This document shows positions 33,394-45,494 of a stretch of 64,000 bases of DNA, piece after piece (within the stretch, counting starts at the first letter, position 1; every line of letters starts with the position of its first letter). The notes beneath the pieces are model-generated. The model made no database searches, was not told the origin of the DNA, and saw only the letters and a list, made by a program, of their open reading frames with translations. Position numbers and translations under genes: made by a program. The stretch lies in contig JBHGNT010000017.1 of assembly GCA_043228905.1 (NCBI GenBank), positions 16,988,001 through 17,052,000 on the forward strand, read 5' to 3'. Source of the stretch: Azolla caroliniana. Taxonomy: Eukaryota; Plantae; Polypodiophyta.

Positions 33394-36300
33394 TCATTTT
33401 CTGGTTCCCTCCGATTTGTTCGGGTCAGTTCGCGCTGATACTGGGTCCTTCTGTCGGTTTTCCAGGATAGTCTTTGTCAGTATCAGTGTCGGTTCTTCCT
33501 CGGTCCGGATATCTGCAGCAGCGTCTGTCGGTGTCGGTTCTTCCTCTTGCCGGATTTCCGGGTTTTGCTTGAACAGGTTGGCTGGCATATTTCCCTTATA
33601 CGGCTTTAGCCGAAACCCATTTGCCCACTTACCGATGACTTCTCCAGACAACGTGCCGAGCTGATACGACCCATTGTACTCCTTGGTGATCCAGAACGGT
33701 CCGGTCCACCGAAATCGCAACTTTCCCGGCATGTCCCCCATCCGTGTCTGGAATAGTAGCACCGGTTTCCCGACTTCGAACTCCTTTTCGTTGCCACGCC
33801 GGTGTTGGTCCACGAAAGCTTTTCTCCTCCTTTGCTCCAGTTCGAGTTGTAGTAAGCTGGCTATTCGGTTTTCTTCTAATTCCAACAACGTCGCCAGCCG
33901 GGTTTGTTCGGACTCCTTCTCACTTAAGCGCTCCTTTACCTGGATCCGTAAGCTGGGGATCTGGAACTCTACCGGCATGACCGCTTCTAAACCGAATGCT
34001 AGTCGGAAAGGGGTTGTCCGGATGCTGGTTTTGTACGTTGTTCGGTACGCCCATAGCGCGCTTTGCAATTTCGTATCCCAGTCGGTCTGGTTCTCGTTGA
34101 CGATTTTTCGTAGGATGTTCTGCAGAGTTTTGTTCGTTGATTCCGCTAGTCCATTGGCTTGAGGGTAGTAGGGAGTACTCCTTTTATGTACCACCACGTA
34201 AAATGACGTCAGGCTTTCTACTACCTGCCCGAGAAAATGTGCTCCTTGGTCACTTATAAGCTCGATCGGGCATCCATACCGGCACCATATGCACTCGTAC
34301 ATGAACTTTGCTGTGGACGCGGCCGTGTTGTCCCGTAAGGCCTTCGCTTCTACCCATTTGGTGCAATAGTCGGTCGCCACTATGACATACCGATTTCCGG
34401 TTCGCATTGCCGGTGGCTTGAAGGGACCGACAAAGTCCAAACCCCACTTTTGAAACGGTTCCAACGGCAAGACAGGGTGGTGTGGCATCCGGGCCTGCTC
34501 CGTGGGTTGGCCCAGTCCTTGACACAAATCGCATTCTCTGCTATACTTCACGACATCTTTTAGGGTGGTGGGCCACCACAGTCCGCTCTGCCATATTTTC
34601 CGAGCGGTTGCGTCGCCGGCATAATGCCCGCCGGCAATTCCACAGTGGGCTTCCTCCTCCATCTCCGCCCATAGGAAGGGTACCCTGTGTACGGCGGTAT
34701 GCAAAGGTGTAGCGAAGTTTGCGAGGTGCCGTATCATCCGGCTATGCCACCTTATTTGGCCTAGGAACCGGCTTAAAGCTTTTGCGTTATTTGGTGCTGG
34801 TGCCTCGAGAATTGCCTTTACTTTATCCGGATCTACCGCGATTCCTTCCTTACTCACCACGTGCCCTAGTAAGTTGTCGCTTGCCACTCCAAAGATGCAC
34901 TTGGCCGGGTTCAGACTCAACCGGTACTCGCGGCACTTCTCCAAGCACAGCCGGAGGTGATCGAGATGCTCTTTGTGCCGGCTGTAGAGCGCGAAATCGT
35001 CAAGGAAGACCTGCATAAAACCGGGGATATATTCCCCGAAAATTTCCATTATTATCCTTTGAAAGTTCGCTGGAGCCGTCTTTAGTCCGAACATCATCAC
35101 GACCGCGACGAACACTCCCCATTCCGTAACGAACGTTGTCTTCTCCTGGTCGGCCGTGTTCATTCGTATTTGGTTGTAGCCGCTAAATCCATCCAGGAAG
35201 CTGTAAACTTCGTGGCCGGCTACCGCATCTAACACCCCGTCCGTAAATGGTAGTGGAAACGCATCGGTCACTATTGCGGCATTTAGTTTGCGATAGTCCA
35301 CGTATACCCGGATTTTGCCATTCTTTTTCGGGACCACAAATATCGGACTCAGCCAGGTTGCCTGCTTGACCGGTCGGATAAATCCGACCCAGAGGAGCTT
35401 ATCAATTTCCTCCTTCACCTTCGCCGCATAATTCGGATTCATCCGGTACCTGCGTTGAGCGATCGGTTTCGCGTCCGTACTTAGGTGAATTTGGTGCTGA
35501 TAGAGCTGGGGGTCCAGCCCTCGCATGTCTTTGTACGACCACGCGAACACATCCTTGAAGTCTGTTATAATGCTACCATTGCCTTCTTTTCTTCCTTCGG
35601 CAATTCCTTTGCGACATTTACCGGTCGGGGCTTGTCTGTTGTGCCGAGGTCCACCTCCTCTAGTTGGGATGCTTTTACCCTCTGGGATATCGTCATTTCC
35701 CTCTCTAGGGCTTCTTGCGTTTGTCGCAGTTCCCGGATCGCCGCTTGGTCCGGTTCGTCCGGTGTCGTAATGTACGGTTCTACTGCCGCCGTGATATCCA
35801 CCTCAAATAGTGGGACGATTTGTGGGTGTTCCTCGAGGTACCACTCGACTTCCTCGTCCGGTAATCCCCCCAACATGTTGATGCTTTCCGCATACAATGA
35901 AGTTGCTTCCTTACTGGCGATCACCCATGGTTGCGTCGTTACTCGTACCTTTGTTTTCCCTCGCCAGAATGTGATCATGTTCTTTTGCCAGTTCTGCTTG
36001 ATATGCGCCGTTCGTAGCCATGGTCGTCCTAGTAGTAGGGGGTACGCGCCTTGTACATTTAGCTGCAACACCACGGCCGATATCCGGAATACGTGGCCTC
36101 CGATCGCTACTTCCAAATCCCGGATAAGCCCGGTCGGTCGGACTGAGCTGGTATCCGCCATGTGTAACCAGAAGGGGCATGGTTCCCATTCCCGGATGCC
36201 CAGGTTATCGCATGTCTGTCGGTTGATGACATTTACCCCGGAGCCTCCGTCAATAATCGTTCCAGCAATTTCCTTTCCTTTCACGATTGTCGTGATCGCC

Positions 36301-38503
36301 GGGCTACTTGTATCGACCACCGCTGGTCCTTCCTCCGGGTTGGAGAAGAATGCCAGTGCTGGCGTCGGCTTCGGTTTGCTCACGGATGCCTGTAAGTCTG
36401 CCGTAAACCGTGGCACCAACTGTAGTAGCCGTGCTAACGGCAGCACGATTTGACAGTCCTGTAGCGCTTGCCACGTCGGGTTTTCTCCTGGCTGTATGAT
36501 TTCTTCGTCTTTTGGCATATTTTGGTCTCTTACTTCTGCCGCATTTTGTTCATTGGCCTCCTTGATCCATTGCGCCGCTTGTTTTCTGATTGCCTCCTGG
36601 GCTTCCCACTCGGCGGTCTTTCCCTTTGACCGGGTTGTGACCTGCTGTACTTCTATTATTTCAGCTGTAACCATGTTGATTGCCGGCTGCTTGTCATTGG
36701 TTTTGCTTGGGCATTGGTTACTATAATGGCCTTCCTTACGGCAGTAATAACAGTACACCTTGTGACTGTTGCTCGTTTCTCCTTTGTCCCCGGTTTGGAG
36801 GGTGGGTATGCTTCGGCGGTCGTCTTCGGTTTTTCGGTTATCCGGTACCGATACCGGGTTGTCATTCCTTGCTGCCTCCCGACGTTCCTCTCTTCGGAAA
36901 AATCCACGCTTCTGATTCCGTCGGAAATTTCGGTTCCCTTGTCGCCTCTCTTCTCTGCGTCGTTCGTATTCCGGGGATTTGTCTCGGTCGTACCGGTCCC
37001 GGGGGTAGCTATCTCTGCGTTTTTCCTCTCGGTCATAGTTATTGCGTCTTCTATCAGCGTATCTGTTACCGCGTTCACGTTGGTAGCGGTCGTCTCTCCG
37101 GAATCGATCCTCATCCGGGTTCTGATTGCGCGGTTCTATGTGTCGAACCGGTGCTGCCTGCCGATTTAACAGGTTATATTCGCATCGGTTCGTTGTATGG
37201 GCTTGAGAGTTGCAGATCATACATTGTGTCCGCAGGGTGCAGTCTACTGTTGAGTGGCCCGAATTTAGGCATGTTGTGCATTATAAGGCCTGTCGGAACC
37301 TCAGGTCTTCCTCCTTCGGGAGTGCTCGGTGAACATCCCCATCGACAAGAAGGAGCTAGTCTTGTCCATTTCTAAGACCCAATCAATAACTTGGTCCATT
37401 GTGCTGGTGTGGAAATCAAGGACTCCGCACATTGTTCGAAGTGGCTCTTTCAGCGCGGCCAAAAAGACTGCTTTGGCTTCGTCTTCGGGTGGTGCTCTCG
37501 TCAGTTGGCTGTGCAGGGTCTGAAACCGAATGATGAATTGTGGCACAGTCTCGTTCTCTTCCTGCCGGGTGGTGTAGAACTACCCGACCAATTCCCTTTG
37601 CTCAACTTGTCTGTGAAAAAGCCTGAGGAATTTGGCCTTCAAGGCATCGAATGTGGAAAAGCTGCCCGGTAAGTGCTTTGCGTGCCATCGGGCCGCCGGT
37701 CCTTCTAAGGTCATGCCGAATTCGGCGACTTTGGATCGTTCGGCTTCGGGCTCCGTCAGTCTTTGGGAGACATGGTTGGCTTCCCATGTTTGGAGGAATG
37801 CGTACACGTGTGCCTCCGCGTCGGGCTCATCCCGGTACTTTGGGTATGGGTACGGCATCGTGTCGTCCAACTGACTCTCTTGCTTTCTCCGCTCTCTGTC
37901 CGCTATTGGCGTTGGTGTGAGAGCCTTTGGTTCCTCCGCGGTTGGTGCCGGTATCCGCTCCTTCAGTTCCTCCGTGGGTGTTGCCGGTGTCCGGTCCTTT
38001 GGTTCCTCCGCGGGTGTCGTCGGTATCTGCTCCTTCGGTTCCTTCGCGGGTGTTGTCGGTATCCGGTCAGCCTCCCTCGGCGATTGCCGGTCACCGAACT
38101 CCAAGGTTATTTCTTCCTCTGGCTCCGGTGTTACTGAGTCTTCCGACCCCTCTTCCCCCGGGTCGTTTGGTGTGTCGTGGGTGCTTTTATACCGGGACGC
38201 AACGCTTTCGTCGCTTTCCGACTCCGCCTCAAGTGTTGCGAATGCTTCCGAGTCCCCGTCGCCACCGACGAGCGTCTGTAGTATCGTTTCCGCCTCTTGC
38301 AGGCTTGTTATGCTACTGCCTTCGTCGGGGACTTGCAGAACCCGGAACTGCAGTGCTTCTTCTGCGACTCTCCGAAGAGTTCTGGAGAATGACCGATCCC
38401 GCCGGATCTCGTCGACGGCTTGCTGCAGGGCTTCCCGTCGTTGCTCTCGTTCGGTGTATCGTCTCCCTCGTTCGGTGATGTGGTCGTTGTTTGGTCTAGA
38501 CAT
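33394..38503 (-). pseudogene. gag-pol: gag-pol of element D (gag, zinc knuckle, PR, RT, IN; RNase H deleted)
   Basis: Motifs CYYCRKEGHYSNQC, IIDGGSGVN, FLDGFSGYNQI, FLDDF, WGLDFVGP and RWTGPF. Confidence 0.93.
37905..38068 (-). repeat. 39-bp coding tandem repeat in the D gag (RIPTTPAEEPKD units)
   Basis: About 4 units, visible in both DNA and translation. Confidence 0.8.
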
Positions 38504-38817
38504 CCATCCCCGGTTGTCCTCTGCACTTTGCAGGAATCGTGGTCGCTAAAATAGTGTTGTCTGCCTGGCCGGACTAGCCTCAACACAGGTGTCTATCCAA
38601 CACTTCTCCAAAGGGGTGGTAAGGATTGGATGCTAGGTTACACGCGTAAGATGATTACAATTAAGCACAGATGGTAAAACAATACGAAGATATAGATAAA
38701 CACGCAATAATTACTTTTGTATTACTTCCGTCAAGCCTTTACAAATCATCGGATCCTTTTATAGGCATCCGGCAAGGTTACAATCGGTGCGCTTAGGCAA
38801 CCGACATCCGAATCGAT

Positions 38818-40093
38818 ATCCCTAGAGAGGGAAATGACGATATCCCAGAGGGTAAAAGCATCCCAACTAGAGGAGGTGGACCTCGGCACAACCGACAAGC
38901 CCTGACCGGTAAATGTCGCAAAGGAATTGCCGAAGGAAGAAAAGAAGGCAATGGTAGCATTATTAACAGACTTCAAGGATGTGTTCGCGTGGTCGTACGA
39001 AGACATTCGAGGGCTGGACCCCTAGCTCTATCAGCACCAAATTCACCTAAGTACGGACGCGAAACCGATCGCTCAACGCAGGTACCGGATGAATCCGAAT
39101 TATGCGGCGAAGGTGAAGGAGGAAATTGATAAGCCCCTCCGGGTCGGATTTATCCGACCGGTCAAGCAGGCAACCTGGCTGAGTCCGATAGTGGTGGTCC
39201 CGAAAAAGAACGGCAAAATCCGGGTATGCGTGGACTATCGCAAACTAAATGCCGCAACAGTGACTGATGCATTTCCACTACCATTTACGGACGGGGTGTT
39301 AGATGCGGTAGCCGGCCACGAAGTTTACAGCATCCTGGATGGATTTAGCAGCTACAACCAAATACGAATGAACCCGGCCGACCAGGAGAAGACAACGTTC
39401 GTTACGGAATGGGGAGTGTTCGTCGCGATCGTGATGATGTTCGGACTAAAGACGGCTCCAGCGACCTTTCAAAGGATAATAATGGAAATTTTCGAGGAAT
39501 ATATCCCCGGTTTTATGCAGGTCTTCCTTGATGATTCTGCGGTCTACAGTCGGCACGGAGAGCATCTCGATCACCTCCGGCTGTGCTTGGAGAAGTGCCG
39601 CGAGTACCGGTTGAGTCTGAACCCGGCCAAGTGCGTCTTTGGAGTGGCAAGCGGCAACTTACTAGGGCACTTGGTGAGTAAGGAAGGAATCACGGTAGAT
39701 CCGGATAAAGTAAAGGCAATTCTCGAGGCACCAGCACCAAATAACACAAAGGCTTTAAGCCGGTTCCTGGGCAAAATAAGTTGGCATAGCCGGATGATAC
39801 GGCACCTCGCAGACTTCGCTACACCTTTGCATACCGCCGTACATAGGGTACCCTTCCTATGGGTGGAGACGGAGGAGGAAGCCTACCAAGCGTTGAAGGT
39901 TATGCTGTCGCAAGCTCCGGTGGTGCAACCGCCGGATTGGAGTAAAAGCTTTCACGTCTTCGTCGACGCGTCGGACGTAGCAATCGGCAGCGTTCTGATG
40001 CAACTCCCGTAGCCGAAATGGTACCTACCGGTGTACTACGCAAGCCGGAAACTCTCAAAAGCCGAATGGAACTACTCTACGATGGAACGCCCG
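38818..40093 (+). pseudogene. pol: Inverted D-family pol fragment (RT and RNase H start) inside the 5' LTR of D
   Basis: ORF 39089-40012 is near-identical to the reverse complement of 34650-35440. Confidence 0.9.
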
Positions 40094-40766
40094 ACAAGGT
40101 TACAATCGGTGCGCTTAGGCAACCAGCATCCGAATCGATCCGGATCCGGATCGGTACAACTATACCGGATCCGTCCCTCCGAATAATAATTATACTATTA
40201 TTTACTTCCTATTATCCAATTCGACTCCGCCTTCCCACTTGTCCTTGCTCTTCTGACCGGTCAACACCATTTTTAATTCTCTTTCCCTGGCCCGTAATGC
40301 TTCCTATGCGGCAAGCTCTTGCGCTTGCTGTCATGAACAGTACTGAGACAAAGAAGGAATTAGTACTAAACAAAGGATTAGTACTATGAGAGGTGTGGAA
40401 CTTCTTCGAGAGAAGGAAGAAGTGAGCGAGACAGAGAGAAAGAGAGAGATTGAGAGAGAGAGAGAGAGTGATGATAAGAAAGATATGTATTATATGAAGA
40501 GAATATACAATGGTGGCTAAAAGGCTTAAGACTGGCGTTGAACCAATTTGGTTCAACATAATGCCTAGTGCCCTCTTTTATAGTGTTTTCAGGAGTAATC
40601 CAGAAGCTTCTAGAATGTTCTAGAGAAATCTGGAATATACACTAATTTCCTATAATAAAATGTAAATGAAAATAATATTCTACGTATTACAATAGATGAT
40701 CTAATGGTCAAGAGCTCGACCCATATAACCTAAGGTCATGGGTTCGAGTCTTGCCATATCATGACA

Positions 40767-43700
40767 CTATCCCCCCTTTAAAACGACGAGTCTCACGAGT
40801 CGTCTTGGATTGAGGACCTGGTTTGTGTGGATATTGATGATGGAAGTCTTCAAGAAGAGCACGAGCATTGGTCACATTCTCGATCAGTTCCCAAGTACGT
40901 TCGTTGGGGCTATAGCCTAGCCAATCGACTAGATAGTAGAGCTTGTTGCGAACAATCTTGGAATCAAGGATGGCGGCAACCTCGTACTCCGGCCCATCTT
41001 CAAGCTCGATCGGGGGTGGAGGTTGGATAAGACATTCTGGGATGGTGCTCTCGTGGTAGGGTTCGAAGAGAGAACTATGAAACACCGGATGTATCCGAAG
41101 TTGAGGAGGTAGATCGAGACGAAAAGCGACATCATTAATCTTTCCAATAATACGAAAAGGACCTAATCGCCGATAATCTAACTTCTCACATGGGCGAGTA
41201 GTCTTGATGTGTCGTCGTAGCTGCCACACCCGATCTCCAATATTAAAACTAGATGGAAGTCGATGACGATCCGCATAGACCTTGTGTGTTTGTTGAGCTT
41301 GCTGGAGATGAGTAGATAAATCCACTTGTATCTTGCGTAACCGCTCCAAACGATCCTCCGTGCACGGATTTGTGGACACCTCTGGGGTTTCAAGTACACT
41401 CCACCGGGGGTGACATCCCGTATAAGCATAAAATGGCGTAACTTTAGTGGATGCGTGGATAGAGTTGTTATAGGAAAATTCGGCGAAGTCGAGAATATCT
41501 GCCCAGTCATCTTGATGATAGCTGAGAAAGCACCGCAAATACTGCTCCAACGTTTGATTTGTTCGTTCAACTTGGCCGTCGGTTTGTGGGTGGTAGCCGG
41601 AAGAGAGGTTACAAGTGACCTTGAGCATGTTAAAAAGGTGCTTCCAGAATTTTGACACGAACTGGGATCCACGGTCGCTGATGATACTATTGGGAAGTCC
41701 ATGATGCCGACATACTTCACGCATGACAATTTCGGCAGTGTCCTCACTGGAGATCTCCTTAGTACATGGCAAGAAATGAGCCATCTTCGTATATCGATCG
41801 ACCACCGTTAGAATCGCATTGAACCCCTTAGAGACTGGAAGATCTGTGATGAAGTCTAGAGCAATGGATTTCCACGGCTTGCTTGGAATTGGTAATGGTT
41901 CTAATAATCCATATGGATGATGCCTTGGGATTTTCGCTCTGCAACATGTATCACAAGTCCGAACAAAATCTTCGACAAATTGTCGCATACAAGGCCACCA
42001 GAATGTTCGTTGTACTAAATGTAATGTTTTAGTACTACCAAAATGCTCAGCTGTATATGTGTCATGACAGTTTTGTACTACTCGAAGGCGTCAAGAACCA
42101 TTAGGAACATACAAAAGTTCTTTAAAGAAGAGTAATCCATCATGGTATTTGAATTGCCGATAGTCCGTACCTGGTGGTTGCTACTGTGAACACGACGCTC
42201 GAGAGGGATCAATTTGTGCTAGTATAGCTTGGGCGAACGCATCTGTCTTCAAGTCTTCACGTATGGTATCGATAACGCGAGAATCCATAGGCATGTCAAA
42301 GATTTGTGTTGCTTGTAGTCGTGCCGGTCCCAAGATGACTTGTTTTTGGTTATCGAAAGCTGGCTCGCCAGGACGGGGTGCTAGATATGAACGTCGTGAT
42401 AATGCATCTGCCTTCCCTTGGTGCCTCCCCGAACGATATGTAATTTTGAAGTCGAAACGCGTGAGGAAGTGGGCCCACCGAGCTTGACGTTGATTCAACA
42501 CACGAGCATCCTGAAAGTAGGCAAGATTCTTGTGGTCACTAAATACGGTGACTGGATGAGAGGATCCCTCTAGAAAATGCCTCCATTGCATAAAAGAATC
42601 CACTATTGCCAATAGCTCCTTATCATGAATTTTGTAGTTGATTTCGGAGGCGTCAAACTTGCGTGAGTGAAAAGCCACAGGATGTAGCTTTTCATCATTC
42701 CCTTGTTGTGACAGAATGCTCCCCGATGCAAAATCCGATGCGTCAGCTTCGATAATGAATGGTTTTTCCGGATCGACATGAGCTAGAATTGGAGCCGATG
42801 TAAATGCCTTTTTAAGACTCTTGAAAGCCATGTCCGTTTCTTCAGACCAGATGAACGGTTGTCCCTTCCTGGTAAGTTGTGTGAGAGGTAGAACGATCTT
42901 TGAGTAATCTTGTATGAACTTCCGGTAAAAATTGGCAAAGCCTAAGAAGCATTGCACATCCCGCACCGAACGCGGAGTCTACCATTCTTCCACCGTTTTG
43001 ACCTTAGCTGGGTCCATGGAGATGCCTTCTGACGAAATGATGTAGCCGAGAAATTCCACTTGGTTGCACCCGAAACTACATTTTTCTAGCTTTGCATACA
43101 AACCATGTTCTCGAAGTTGTTTTAGTACTAATAGTACATGAGAATCATGTTCTTCTTGGGTCTTTGAATAAACCAATAGATCATCCAAATAGATGATCAA
43201 ACAATCATCCAATAGATCTCGGAATATATCATTAGCCATGTGCTGGAAGATTCCCGGCGCATTAGTGAGGCCGAACGGCATGACCGTATACTCGAAGTGC
43301 CCATATCTGGTGCGAAACGCGGTCTTCCATTCATCTCCTAGTCGGATCCGTACGAGGTTATATGCTCCCCGTAAGTCGATCTTCGTGAAGAACCTGGCAC
43401 CATTGATCCGTTCTAAAAGACTTGAGATAAGGGGAAGAGCACACCTATTCCTGATTGTAACCTTATTCAAGCCACGGTAATCTACAATGAGACGAAGCGA
43501 TCCATCTTTTTTTTTGACGAAGAAAATGGGCGCGCTGGCTAGAGATTTTGAATGCCGAGTGAAACCATTTTCCAAATTCTCCTGTATATAGGCCCGAAGG
43601 ACTTCCGGCTCGGTTGGTGACAAATTGTAGATCGGTCCCCATGGCGGCTCTTTTCCCGGTTGTAAATCGATGGGGCAATCGTACGGTCGATGATGAGGAA

Positions 43701-44350
43701 GTGTGTTGGCTTGTACTTTATCGGACACATCGGCGTAATGACGATACTTCTCGGGAAGTTGAACGGTGGATTCTTCTTTAGTGTTGCTGGAGGGGTTTAC
43801 TGATATTTCAAAGAGGAACATTTCCTCCTTGCGCCCTTCTTTACGCAACTGATGTAGTGAAATGGTTGCCATCTTCTGAGTTCACCCTTGGGTTTGTCGA
43901 CACCGGATTTCTCTTGTTCTCCAATCTATGTCTAGGTTATGTAACTCGAACCACGGTAATCCTAAAACTATAGGATGTTCTGGGATACTAATAATATTAA
44001 ATGATACTACACATGCTAAGTTATCTAGGACAATATTAATGGGCTCTGACTCTTCTAGGATATTTCCGGAAGCAATGGGACATCCATCAATGACTACTAC
44101 AGAAGCTGGACACTGGAGTTTTCTTAGGGATATGTTATGAGCTTGAGCAAATTTCTTATCCATAAAGCAAGAGTTAGCTCCGGAATCTAGGAGTGCTAGG
44201 ACATGTACTGGAGGGATACTTTTAGTACTAACTGTTACTTGGGCTACGAACACATCACTAACTTGCTTATAGGGAATGGAACCACTAATGGGCTACATAG
44301 ATCAAGGGTTGTCCAACCAAACGGCTCCTATTTTGGCTGGACTTAGTCGT
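40767..44350 (-). pseudogene. pol: pol of element E: PR, RT, RNase H, IN and chromodomain, with in-frame stops
   Basis: Motifs LLDSGA, YLDDLL, EADASD, RRLGPFRI and EYEVAAILDSK..YYLVDWLGYSPNERTWE. Confidence 0.95.
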
Positions 44351-45494
44351 TTAACTCTTCTTCTAACTGACTAAGGACATCAAATTTGTTTACTAGATCT
44401 GGGATATTAGTACTATTAGGACTATCAGATATCCCTACTGAAATAGGCTCGGATTTAGTACAATTAGAACTAGCGACTATTTGGTTTACTTGTCTTCTTG
44501 GCCTATGGGGGCAATTTATTGCGATATGTCCTGGTCCACCGCAGTAAAGACATAGTCGATTTGTACGGCGTCGCTGCTTTTCTTCTTCGGATAATGGCCC
44601 TCGACGACGTGTAGTGTCAATCTCCATCGGAGTTGGAGTATTCGCTGGAGGCGCATTATATGACTCCCTCGGAAAAGGTCTTGCTACCACTGAGGAGTAG
44701 GTGGGCTCTGATCTTTCCCTCGGCATCTGTAGCTGTCGTTCCGAACGTCGCTCAAAGAGGCGGTTGTCACATCTCACCGCGCGACTGATTGCTTCTGTTA
44801 AGGACTTTGGCTCTTCGGGGAAGGTCAATAGTAAATCCTTGACGTCGTTGCGTAAACCATAACGGAATTGCTCCATCAATGCTTAATCATCCCAAGGGAT
44901 ATCAGCGGCGAGTAGGCAAAAATTTGCAGTGTATGCGGAGGCTGGACAGTCACCTTGGCGTAATCGCTGGATTTTGTTGATTGCGGTCCTAATGCTGTCA
45001 GTATCTCCGAAACATGCTTTAAACTCAGCTAGAAACTCTTCAAAATTGTTGAGTAACGGAGATTCCTTTTCTAATAGTGGAGCGAACCATGACAACGCTG
45101 AGCCACTTAACAAAGTGCCTACTAAACCCACTCGTGATGCATCGGTGGGATATCGGGAACGATCCATTTGAATAACTAATCATACATGGTTAAGGAACCC
45201 TCTAAACTACGATCGCGTTCCATCGAACTTCGTGGGAAGGCCAATCTTGGGTTCTTTATGAATCCCTTGTGTTCCGGGCCCTTGTTGTTGCATCGCTACG
45301 ATGGTTGCTTCGAGTTGTTGCACGCATAACACAAGTTCCCCATGTTGTTGTTGCGTTTGCTGCTTTTCTAAGGAGATTTGCTGAAGATCCCCCAGCAACC
45401 ATTGGTTTTCTTGTTCCAAAGCATGGAACTTCTCCTTCAAGCATTGAAATTCCGAGAAAACAGATTGATATTCTTCAACGCTAACAGTGGCCAT
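44343..45494 (-). pseudogene. gag: gag of element E
   Basis: Motifs PTKFDG, SALSWF, PTPMEID and CLYCGGPGHIAINC. Confidence 0.92.

Larger units (their letters stand above)
29728..40266 (-). mobile_element. Non-chromovirus Ty3/gypsy element D (relative of C)
   Basis: 3' LTR at 29728-30117. 5' LTR at 38555-40266, interrupted at 38818-40093. TSD CCATT at 29723-29727 and 40267-40271. PBS-like TAGCGACCACG at 38538-38548. Confidence 0.95.

Noticed and set aside
32179-38549. Long plus-strand ORFs such as 35485-36453 and 32179-32913
   Set aside because: They are antisense shadows of minus-strand gag-pol and the extra ORF, with no motifs of their own.
40690-40756. A functional tRNA gene
   Set aside because: The acceptor and anticodon stems do not pair properly and the sequence is duplicated as part of both LTRs. 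It is kept only as a tRNA-like finding.
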